From: Macrostomum lignano | Lineage: Eukaryota | Assembly: GCA_002269645.1 (NCBI GenBank) | Contig: NIVC01002374.1 | Span: 115,628 to 179,627 of the forward strand | Direction of reading: 5' to 3' | DNA: 64,000 nt | Shown: piece after piece, positions 13,390-24,394 of the stretch | Position numbering within the stretch: position 1 is the first letter of the stretch | Layout of the letters: every line of letters begins with the position of its first letter | Translations under genes and position numbers: made by a program | The notes under the pieces: model-generated | What the model was told of the DNA's origin: nothing | The model's database searches: none | The model's input: only the letters and a program-made list of their open reading frames with translations

Positions 13390-14135
13390 CCCTGATGCTG
13401 TACACAGTGTCACTGATGCTGTACACAGTGTCCCTGATGCTGTACACAGTGTCCCTGATGCTGTACACAGTGTCACTGATGCTGTGCACAGTGTCACTGA
13501 TGCTGTACACAGTGTCCCTGATGCTGTACACAGTGTCACTGATGCTGTACACAGTGTCACTGATGCTGTACACTGTCCCTGATGCTGTACACAGTGTCAC
13601 TGATGCTGTACACTGTCCCTGATGCTGTACACAGTGTCACTGATGCTGTACACAGTGTCCCTGATGCTGTACACAGTGTCACTGATGCTGTACACTGTCC
13701 CTGATGCTGTACACAGTGTCACTGATGCTGTACACAGTGTCCCTGATGCTGTACACTGTCCCTGATGCTGTACACAGTGTCACTGATGCTGTACACAGTG
13801 TCCCTTATGTTGTACACACTGTCCCTGATGCTGTACACAGTGTCACTGATGCTGTACACAGTGTCCCTGATGCTGTACACAGTGTCACTGATGCTGTAAA
13901 CAGTGTCACTGATGCTGTACACAGTGTCCCTGATGCTGTACACAGTGTCCCTTATGTTGTACACAGTGTCCCTTATGTTGTACACAGTGTCCCTTATGTT
14001 GTACGCAGTGTCCCTGATGCTGTACACAGTGTCCCTTATGTTGTACGCAGTGTCCCTGATGCTGTACACAGTGTCCCTTATGTTGTACACAGTGTCCCTG
14101 ATGCTGTACACAGTGTCACTGATGTTGTACACAAT
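13390..14135. repeat. 21-bp minisatellite (GATGCTGTACACAGTGTCMCT) just downstream of the mei-P26 stop
   Basis: Direct reading; 19-bp deletion variants are present. Confidence 0.97.
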
Positions 14136-14289
14136 ATTCCTCTGTACCCGATCCTGAACACCATATCCCAAGTGGCAGTGTCCCTGATCCCGTACAAAAC
14201 ACCATAAATATCAAAGTCGGAGTTTAACTTACACAATAAAGCGAAACAGCTCCAGCAGTTGCAGGTCGCTCAGAAAGTAAAGTGCTCGC

Positions 14290-17200
14290 TTAGCTGATGT
14301 ACAGGGTGTTGAGCACCAATACGTGGTGATTGTTTTTAGCCAGGGTCACCACATAGCCCTCGCCAGTGATCTTCAGGCCGCAGCAGCGGGACACTTTCAC
14401 AGTCGGGCACTCGAACTCGGAGGTCAGCTGGCCCAGCCTGTTAAACACGGCCACGTGGAATTTGTTGCCATGGGAATCGCCGACTAGAACGTCGCCGTGG
14501 TCGCTAATGTCGATGCCGTTAGGGAAATTGGTGATAGCCTCGGAGCCGATGCGGCGAAGGTACACGCCATCCTCCTGGAACACGCAGACGCAGTGGCCCT
14601 TGAAGTCGCAGATGAAATACTCGTTACCGTGGATAGCGATATCAGACGGCTCGCGCATATAGCTGGAACAGTCGAACCATTTCACCAGATCGCCAGCCTC
14701 GGCGATGACAAACACGGTTGGCGACACGGAGTCCACGGCGACGATGTGCTGCTTACTGTTGATAGCCAGGCCGGCCACAATGTCAATGTAGCGGATGGTG
14801 ATTTTGCGCAGGAAATTGCCGGACCGGCTGAAGATCTGCATACGGCTGCGCTCGCTGCCGCGGTCGCACACGATGAACTTGCCAGTTTGGCGGGCCACCA
14901 CCACTTTGCGCGGATACCAGAGCTGGCCCTCCTCTCGGCCGGGCACGCCGAATTGGAATTTGTGCTCGCCGGATTTTTCGAATACCTGCGCAACAAATAT
15001 GGGAGTCAGGCTTTTTTCTAACTACTACTATCAGTACTAAGTAGAGAGAGTCACGTAGGGTATCCAATTGAATCGTTTGAGTCATTGTACGCGACTCTTG
15101 TGGCGACTCAAATCGGGCTTTTAAGGGAGCAGCTCTCAGCGCCACGACCCCCTTGCTTCGATTCCGTGCGCAGCATATCCCGGCCAACACCCAAGAGAGT
15201 GTACATGCCTGACGATTAGAAAGTCAGGGCTGCTGTACACTCTGTGTGGGCGTGTGCTCATATGTTTTGTTACGCTACTAAGAATTCGTATTTAGAAAAT
15301 TTTGTCTGTTCTCTTTTTTACCTGAACTCGATGATTTTGCGTGTCGGCCACAACAATTTCTTCGTCAACGCCCAGACAGAAGCCGTGGGGCGAATTGAAC
15401 TGACCCCTAGACGAGCCCAGCGAGCCCCAACGATGCCGTACAGTCATCGAAGAGCAGCGGCCCATGCGATTAGGGTAAGAGCTACTGCCGCCGCCGCCGC
15501 TAGCAGAGGATTGCAGCGGGCTGCCCAGACTGCCGGGCGCTCCGCCGCCTGTGATGACGCCGCCGCCAGTCGCGGCGCCGAAATCCAGGCTGCCAGTCGG
15601 CGTGCCAGTTCGACCAATGGCGGCGGCGGCCGCTGCTGCCGCGGCGGTGCTGAGAGCAGCGGGATCCGTGACCAGCTGCAGCTTGGCGGCTAGCATAGAG
15701 CTCAGCAGCGCATCGGAGCCGTTGCTAAGGCCGCTGTCCGAGCCGGGGGCGCCGGGGCTTGGCTGCGATTGCGTCGGTGGCGGCAGGCCAAACAGGGCCG
15801 GGTTGCTGTAGGCGGCGGCGGCCGCGGCTACGGCGGCAACCGAAGGGTTGGAGGATGCGTGCGCGGCATCGAGTGCCGGCTCAGAGACCGCGACGGCGCC
15901 TTCGACATCGGCGGCGCCGACACTGCCAGCAACGGACGCGACAATCGAGGTAGCCTAAAGAGAGCGAATGTAGTGTCGGTTCTTAGTTATTTCAAAGAGA
16001 GGGCAGAGGCGGTGCCCCAATGAATAACCAGGGGGAGGGGGTGGGTGCGAGAGAGAGGCGGTGGCCATATAAATAATCAGGGGGGTGGCTGCGGGACAGA
16101 GGCGGTGGCCCTATAAATAATCAGGGGGGTGGCTGCGGGACAGAGGCGGTGGCCCTATAAATAATCAGGGGGTGGCTGCGGGACAGAGGCGGTGGCCCTA
16201 TAAATAATCAGGGGGGTGGCTGCGGGACAGAGGCGGTGGCCCTATAAATAATCAGGGGGTGGCTGCGAGACAGAGGCGGTGGCCATATAAATAATCAGGG
16301 GGTGGCTGCGGGACAGAGGCGGTGGCCATATAAATAATCAGGGGGTGGCTGCGAGACAGAGGCGGTGGTCCTATAAATAATCAGGTGGGGTGGCTGCGAG
16401 ACAGAGGCGGTGGCCCTATAAATAATCAGGTGGGGTGGCTGCGAGACAGAGGCGGTGGCCATATAAATAATCAGGGGGGTGGCTGCGAGACAGAGGCGGT
16501 GGCCCTATAAATAATCAGGGGGTGGCTGCGGGACAGAGGCGGTGGCCATATAAATAATCAGGGGGTGGCTGCGGGACAGAGGCGGTGGCCATATAAATAA
16601 TCAGGGGGTGGCTGCGGGACAGAGGCGGTGGCCCTATAAATAATCAGGGGGGGTGGCTGCGAGACAGAGGCGGTGGCCCTATAAATAATCAGGGGGGGGT
16701 GGCTGCGGGACAGAGGCGGTGGCCATATAAATAATCAGGGGGTGGCTGCGGGACAGAGGCGGTGGCCCTATAAATAATCAGGGGGTGGCTGCGAGACAGA
16801 GGCGGTGGCCATATAAATAATCAGGGGGTGGCTGCGGGACAGAGGCGGTGGCCCTATAAAAAACAGAGGGTGGTGGGAATGGGGCAAGTCGCTGTTCAGG
16901 TCTCACCTGCAGGTCTCCAGCCGTGGTGGTGGTCACGGGAGCTGCAGCAGAAGCAGCAGTGACAGTGCCAGAATTAATCTGAGCCCTATCGCTGCCAAAA
17001 GTGCCGAAATTGGCCATTACAATGGCTTTAAAACTGGGATGATTGGCCGTGAAGGGCACTGATGTGGGCAGGTCAGTGTCCCAGTGGGCCCGGAGCAGAG
17101 TGGCAGACCAGTCGTGCAGCACTTTAGCAGCGTAGGCCAGCACAACGGGCCCGGCCCGGTCAGTATACGCCTGTACAAAGCTGGCAGCCTCGGCCATCTG

Positions 17201-20200
17201 CTCGGCGCCTTTGGCAGTGTGCTCCATTAGCTCCATAGCGCGCATCTCAAGCTCGGAATGGACTCGACGATTCTCTTCAAGAAATCGTTTGCCAGCTTCG
17301 TCTAAGAAGGCCCGATAACTGGCCAGGGCCTCCTTGATGGCGCCTTCGTTGTGCTGGCGGCTGTCGGCGATTTCGGACAAGCGCTCCTGAGAAGGGGGTA
17401 GAGAGATTGCCGCTAAACTGTGTTAATATGAAATGCTATCTGTACTACTCAGTGCATTTAGTAAAAGCTTCTGCGCATAACTTTTAAAAGTGTAAATTCA
17501 TACGATATGAAGAATAGCAATATCCATTAATTATATTTGGACTTAAGCGTGTATGGTGTTTATCTGTCTTTACTAGAGGCAGGGGGGTTGTGTGCACCCT
17601 GGCGCACTTTAAGCGACATTGTCACACAACCGGCGAGAGGCATTACTGCCCATTCCGCCGACTCCCCTGAGCAGGCACACAAGCGCGCGGATACGTACGC
17701 AGTCATACGCACAGGCACACACTCACACAGGAGTGTACAGCGGACCTAACTTGATTCATTGTTAGGGATGTTTGGGCTTTAAGCATGTAGCCGTAAGCCC
17801 AAAAAATAGAGACATAATATCGAGACATTATTAATTTCCACGAGACATAAGGAGACATAGCCCGAGACAAGACAAAGCTAGGAATAGTTAATAATGATGG
17901 AATATGTAAGAATAAAAAGTTTACAACTTATCGGAAAAATGTCTCCCGATATCTCATTCAATGTCTCTGGGGCAACATCTCAAGGCAATGTCTACAAAGA
18001 GACATCTTTCAATAAAAATACAGTACTAGTGATAGACCGAATGTGGATTTATGCAAGCTTCCGAAACCGAATCCGAATGTACAAAAAATTCCGAATTCGA
18101 ATGTGTTTCCGAATGTAAGCAAAGTAAAGGGTGAACGGCGGGAGTAACTATGACACTTTTAAGTAACGAAAATGCCTTGTCGTCTAACTAATGATCTAAG
18201 TAAGCAACTAGACTACTCTTTAAGTGAAATTCAAGTGAAATTGCAAGGATTGAAACTTAATAGAGACTAAATAAGTTTGAATAAGCGAGACATTTTTTCG
18301 GATTCGGCGGATTCATCAATATACAGTAGATATGAAACAGCTTTTGAAAACGCACTGTACTTACATCAATGAATATAAAATGTGTACTAAAACAAACATG
18401 GATGACCAACCTGCAGTTTATCCTGCTCTCGCTCCCAACGCCGCCGACTATCGCGCAGAGATCGAGCGTCTTGGCTAAGCAGAGTCTGCAGTTCGGCACC
18501 GGCAGTGGTAGCCTGATCAATATTGTGCAGCTTGTGTCCGGTGGCCACACATTCCGGGCAGTGAAGACTGCCACAATCACGGCAGTAGTATTTCAGCTGA
18601 TCGGCTGGGTGCTCCTGGTTGGGATGGGTGGGGACAGGTTTAATGGTTTGAAATCGATCGCATAGAAGCTAGATAATGCCAACCATTCATACATGTACCT
18701 GGCAATAAATAGGCTTATGCAGCAGTCCGCTATCAGCCTCGGGGTCGCTACCCGGCTGCTCAAGATCTTTCACGTGGTGACGGCTGAACATTTTCATAAC
18801 GGAATGCGCCTGTCGGCAGGTGCTGCACAGATAATCGGCGCATTCACGACACTTGGCCACGGCCTCCGCTCCGGTGGTGCAGCCGCCGCATTTCACCTCG
18901 GCTAGATGGGAGCCTTGCAGTTCCTGCGCGGATGAAAAGGATGGGGGAATACTTATAATTAGGAGGGTACAATAATGTAACACCAGTACTGAGTAATACC
19001 GAGAAGGTTTGAGCTTGTGAAGTTGATCGCCACACACACACACACACCCTCAGTTACCCCAGCTAATGCTGGCACCCATTTTACAGCTGGTCCTGCTCAA
19101 GGACGCATATCACGGTACAAGTCGCTAAAAAGTCGTCAAAGAGTTGCCTAAGACTCAATTTAAAGCGTTTTATTGTCTAAGACTTTGAAATGATTCTGGG
19201 GCGACGGTATAACGACTTTCGGGTCGTATAGTCACTGAGTTGCGTTCGAAGCGCATTTGCATTGCTTGATGAATTAGAGTCACATCACGTGACGCGCTTT
19301 TGACGCTTTTGCCGTAGCCCAGCGGTAGCGCAGCTGCTCTGGTGTGCCAGCGACCCAGGCTCGATTCCAAGTGCAGTCACATTAATTTGGGGCTCAATTG
19401 GAATCTCGGCTTGGCTCTGCTCGTGCAATTAACGGCCTTGAGAGCCAACCCCCCAAGGCGCAGTGAAGTGTACATGCCTAACGATAAAATAAAGTTAGGG
19501 CCGCTGTACACTCCTGTGTGAGTGTGTGCCTGCGTACGTATCCGCGCGCTTGTGTGCCTGCTCAGGGGAGTCGGCGGAATGGGCAGTAATGCCTCTCGCC
19601 GGTTGTGTGACAATGTCGCTTAAAGTGCGCCAGGGTGCACACAACCCCCTGCCTCTAATAAGAAAAAAAATTAAATCGCAACAAACTTAACAACTCACCT
19701 GCAAGTACAGGTGATCTCTAGTCAGGCCAGCCAGTCCAGCCTCCGGATTAAGCACGGTAGGAGTCTGGCAGCGCGGACAGAACAGCAGGAAACCGCCAGC
19801 CGCGGCAGCCTGAGCGGCCTCCAGACAGGGCAAATCGAACCGGTGCAGACAGGCCAGAATCACCGGCTCGGTCAGCTGACGCTGGCACAGGGAGCATTCC
19901 GAGTTCGCGCCGCCGATTATCGCGTCTGCGCCGTTACCGCCGCCGCCGCTACCGCCGGCGCTGCTGCCGGCCCGGCCGCCGTCGCCGCTGCCGTTCAAGC
20001 CGGAGCCATTGATGTCGTCGTCGGCGTCGCTGCCGAAAGTTTCGCGCAGAAGGTTCTGGAAAATCAGTGGCAATGGGCCGGTAGGCTCTATCAATAAATT
20101 ATTATTCATATTCTTACCGACTCTTCTCAGTGATCGGATGAGATAAAAATAATCCGGATCAGGATCCCATGTTATGAATTTTGGATTAATGGTGTCATTT

Positions 20201-21203
20201 CGGATACTGTCCAATCTGTAACTAGAATTAGAGGATCGGACAAAGGAAGCAAAACGTTCGGGAGTTGGTACCGTCCCATTTTCACTGGAATTATTCTAGG
20301 CCCTTAGGACTAGGAGGCTAAGACAGACAGACAGACAATCAGAAAGGTAGAGACACTCAGACAGACAATCAAAAAAGGCAAACAGACAGACAGACAGGTA
20401 ATCAGAAAGGCAGACAGACAGCCACTCAGAGGCAGACAGACAACTCATGCAGAAAGACACTAAGACCGGCAGGTAGATAATCAGAAAGGCAAACAGACAG
20501 ACAGACAGACAGGTAATCAGAAAGGCAGACAGACAGCCACTCAGAGGCAGACAGACAACTCATGCAGAAAGACACTAAGACCGGCAGGTAGATAATCAGA
20601 AAGGCAAACAGACAGACAGACAGACAGGTAATCAGAAAGGCAGACAGACAGCCACTCAGAGGCAGACAGACAACTCATGCAGAAAGACACTAAGACCGGC
20701 AGGTAGATAATCAGAAAGGCAAACAGACAGAAACTCAGAGAGGCAGACAGGCAGACATACCGACAGACACTCGGAGAGGCAGACGGACAACTCATGCAGT
20801 AACACCGACAGGTAGATAATCAGAAAGGCAAACAGACAGACAGACAGGTAATCAGAAAGGCAGACAGACAGCCACTCAGAGGCAGACAGACACACTAAGA
20901 CATACTAGCCAAAACGTGACTGCTGATTGGCGAGATGCACATTGGGGATCATACAATACATGGGCAAAGAAAGCAAGCTAAACTAACCTGGTCGTCTTCT
21001 TCCTCCTCGCCGCCATTGCCGCCGAGAAGGCACTCGCCAACATTCTCTAAAGCATCTCCGGCGGAGCGCAGGTCGTCCCCTGGGATGCCTAAACCGCTGC
21101 CAGAGTCGTTGCCGGAGGCTGAGCCATTATTCATCATCATTAGCAGGGAGACCTCGCGATCTTCAAGTAGGTCTTCCACAGCATGCGCCATATCGTCGGA
21201 CAT
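14290..21203 (-). CDS. mei-P26: TRIM-NHL protein (RING, 2 B-boxes, coiled coil, NHL beta-propeller), Mei-P26/NHL-2 orthologue, ~936 aa, 7 coding exons
   Basis: Exons 21203-20988, 20055-19699, 18923-18699, 18614-18411, 17386-16907, 15954-15322 and 14985-14290 are all GT-AG and join in frame (2811 nt incl. TAA). [21 protein letters not shown]; B-box1 [20 protein letters not shown]; B-box2 CQ|[20 protein letters not shown]. The NHL sequence ([17 protein letters not shown]|[76 protein letters not shown]) matches my recollection of Drosophila Mei-P26/C. elegans NHL-2 rather than Brat or LIN-41. Confidence 0.93.
15198..15250 (+). mobile_element. SINE fragment (mei-P26 intron 6)
   Basis: agtgtacatgcctgacgat..gggctgctgtacactc matches 19466-19513. 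Confidence 0.55.
16025..16860. repeat. ~43-bp minisatellite filling mei-P26 intron 5
   Basis: GGGACAGAGGCGGTGGCCCTATAAATAATCAGGGGGTGGCTGC, ~19 copies. Confidence 0.97.
17573..17750 (-). mobile_element. 5'-truncated SINE copy (mei-P26 intron 4)
   Basis: gtgtgcaccctggcgcactttaagcgacattgtcacacaaccggcgagaggcatt is shared with 1750-1805. Confidence 0.8.
18129..18194 (+). pseudogene. 28S rRNA fragment (R2/I-PpoI target region), copy 1
   Basis: GGGTGAACGGCGGGAGTAACTATGACACTTTTAAGTAACGAAAATGCCTTGTCGTCTAACTAATGA vs conserved LSU GGGTAAACGGCGGGAGTAACTATGACTCTCTTAAGGTAGCCAAATGCCTCGTCATCTAATTAGTGA. Confidence 0.85.
19311..19670 (+). mobile_element. tRNA-derived SINE, full-length copy (mei-P26 intron 2)
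   Basis: 5' head GCCGTAGCCCAGCGGTAG (A box 19315-19326) and GGCTCGATTCC (B box 19358-19368), ~290-bp body, A-rich tail. Near-identical copies occur elsewhere in the window. Confidence 0.8.
20325..20895. repeat. (AGAC)-rich composite repeat with a 115-bp higher-order unit, mei-P26 intron 1
   Basis: gccactcaga recurs at 20421, 20536 and 20651. Confidence 0.9.
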
Positions 21204-22639
21204 TTTTAAACTACTTGCACTGATTCCCTGACAAGTGCTGTATATAAACAGTTATAACTGTCCAAATCTTCCTCTTAAATTTAATATACTTCCCGTTGGC
21301 ACTTTAGAAATTAAAAAACGTAGAAGTGAAGCTACTAAACTGAGCGATTTTATAATTAGCACTGCACTGGCGTCCTTAGAGATCTAGATGCTGCCAAAAT
21401 TGAGATGAAAATTGGCAGGCATGAATCAACAAATAGGATTTATGCAACTTCAATAGTCTGATACTTTTACAATGCACCACAAAATTACTGCCATGCAGCT
21501 ACACTGCAAAAGTAGTATATGATTTTGAAATGCTATGAAAAACATTAAGTATAATCTATGTTGCTTAACACAATGAAGTCTACTTAGAGCTCTGACTTAA
21601 AATATAAAAATTATATATAAAATTTACTGATTGAATACAATAACTATATAGTGTAAATATAATAGCTAATATAAAGACATGTTAAAATTGTGCAAAACCA
21701 AACTAACCATGCTAGCAACAATAAAAAATTGTTGTATTTGTATTAAAGCCCTTAAAGGCACAGGTAAACAGTCAGGAAATTGAGTTGAATGACTGCTTGA
21801 GTTATGAGTCAAATATATCTGCCTTGTAATGAATGACTTACTATTGATTAAGTCTATATACCTGACTGATAGCAGACTTCAGGCCAAAGACATCTTTCAA
21901 ACTGTTACTTAGCTGACTATTATTTTGTTTATTACAATATATGACAAATATGATATTACCATTGGTTTTGAGTTAGAAAAACATAGTGATAAGATAATCA
22001 GATAATGAACTTATTTTTTAATATAAACAATTGACAACTTATGCTAGAAGCATGAGCATATCTAAAATAATCCCCACATATCTTCATGAACAATAATTTT
22101 TCATTTATACTAGCAATCTAGTGCCTCCCTTTGAGGCATGCAATAAGCAAGGAGCAAAAATTATTGATGCAAATCAATTATAAAGCACATTTCCTTAGGA
22201 ACAATTTTTTCTTCAGTTTTATAAATCACCTTATTCAATTAAAATTGTCACACACAAAGATGTTTGCTAAGAATCTCTTTTTTGTAAAAAAAATAACAAA
22301 AATACAGTAAAAAAAGCCTTTATAAAGATAACATGCATTTGTCTCTTTGACACCTGCTCAGAGCTAGTGAATGCTAAGCTTGGGTAGGCCTGAGTTCTAA
22401 GCACAAACAGCAACAAAACAGCAATAAAACAGCAAGAAAAATGAATTTTTAAAGGCCTTTTTTCTGCTATTTATTAAGACTTTAAACTCAAATTAAGCAC
22501 TTGGAATTGTGCTATCTGGAAAAAAGCAATAAGAAATTTAATGATTAAATAATCACAAAAGCTATATAGACCATAGTATACTTTAAGTGAAATTGTCACA
22601 CAACTGGCAAGAGGCATTACTTACTATCCATTCCACAAA

Positions 22640-24020
22640 CTCCACTTGAGCAGAAGGATAGAAATGAGCTTGCTGAGAAGGATAGAAAGGATAGAGGAGA
22701 GGGGATAAGAGGGGAAGAGAGGAGTGAGAAGAGATGAGATAGAGATAAGAGAGTGGTGAAAGAAGAGGGGAGAAAGGAGATATGAGAGTAGAGGGAAGAG
22801 GAGAGAGGAAAGAGATGAGGTTGTAGAGATGAGAGTAGAGATGAGAGATAAAAGAGGAGAGAGGAGAGTGCAAAAAAGACAAGAGAAGAGAAGAAGGTAG
22901 AGAGTATAGAAGAGGGAAGAGAAGAGAAGAGCAAGGAAAGAGAGGAGTCAGAAGAGGGGAAAGAGAAGAGTACAGAGGAGATAAGTGAAAGAACATATAA
23001 GAGAGTAAATATGACAAATGAGAGAGCTGCGAGAGCAGAGATAAGAATGAACAGATGAGAGACAGGAGAGTAGAGAGAACAGAGGAGAGATAAGAGATTA
23101 TAGAGACTAGAGGAAAGAGGAGAGACAGGGAGAGAAATGAGTGAGGAGAGAAAAGAGGAAAGAGGAGAATAGAGGGGAGAGAGTAGAGAAGAGAAGAGAG
23201 ATGGGAGGAGAGAAAAAAGAGAGAGAGAAAGAAAGAGCAGAGCAGAGAGAAATGAGAAGAGATAAGAGAGAAAAGATAAAAGAAAAGAAAGGAGATGAGA
23301 TAGCAGACAAGAGAGAAGAGAGGTAAGGGAAGAGACGAGAGATGAGGGGAGAGAGGAGATATTAAACAAGAAAAGAGATGACAGGAAAGAGGAGAGTCGG
23401 AGAGATAAACCAAGAAAAGAGATGAGGAAAGAGAGAGAGGAGAGTGGAGAGGAGAAGAAAGAGATGAGAGAAAAGGGGGAGAGGAGAGAGAAAAGAAGAG
23501 AGATATAAGATAAGAACAAGAAGATAAGAAGATAAGATAAGATAAGAAGATAAGAAGACAAGATAAGAAAGATAAGATGGATGAGGGAAGATATGAGAGA
23601 AGAGGGGAGAGAGGAGAGAGGAGAGAAGAAAAGAGATAAGAGGAGAAAGAGAAGAAAAAAGAGACAAGGGAGAGAGATGAGAGGAAACAGAAGAGAAGAT
23701 ACAAATTGCAATGGATCCAAGGGACGTAGGGAGAGTCAGAGGCAGAGGCCAGAGTTTGCCAATACATGTTTTAGAGTCAGATAGACATTGCTTGACATTC
23801 TGCATAGCATCTCAGCCAACAATATCAAATGTTTGCCTGAAATCCTAATTTTACAAAAACGTACTCCATTTTATGTGTACTCTATCTTACAAACTTTTAA
23901 CAAGTTTGTTTGAGTATGGCCTTAGATTTCAAAGCCTATGCACAAATATTTTAGGGAATTGGAATTCACTGGGTTCAAAATCCACGGGTTTCAAAAGCTT
24001 ATATACTATAAATTTCAGTG
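22640..24020 (-). mobile_element. CT/GA-rich non-autonomous element, copy 2 (inverted), flanked by two halves of an old SINE
   Basis: Homologous to 9089-10671. SINE pieces at 22580-22638 and 24021-24120 lie in SINE order and orientation. Confidence 0.55.
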
Positions 24021-24394
24021 TTTTGCACAAGCAAAGCCAAGCCAAAGTTTCAATTTAGCCTACAAATTAATGTGACTAAACTTGGAATCAAGCCTGGGCT
24101 ATTGGCATATCAGAGTGCCATACTATACCTCTAGACTAAGCCTTTTAAATTAAAGTCAAATGTTCAAAATGCCATATATCCTCAATTCAAAATGTGCTTA
24201 CAAATTGTTAGGCCTTTCTTATCTAACTTAAGTATTATATAGGGGATAATTATATATTTTAAATATTCTGATAAAAACTTAACTATAAAAAAGAAAACTT
24301 ATTATAATATAAATTATTTTTATATAACTTGCTATATCTTATTATAAAAAGTAATCATATCATTAATATAACTTTTATATTCCTTTTTTAAATT

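Noticed and set aside
13364-14207. (DAVHSV)n and (MLYTVSL)n ORFs
   Set aside because: 21-bp array, open in multiple frames on both strands.
14497-15021. 174-aa plus-strand ORF and other ORFs antisense to real exons
   Set aside because: Shadow ORFs of GC-rich coding exons on the opposite strand.
19311-19380. Functional tRNA gene
   Set aside because: A and B boxes are present, but I could not fold a proper cloverleaf, and the head is fused to a repeated body and A-tail, so it is a SINE.
19687-20214. ORF start MDSIRNDT.. as the mei-P26 N-terminus
   Set aside because: The first 53 codons are AT-rich intron. A good acceptor at 20056 joins in phase to the upstream ATG exon at 21203-20988.
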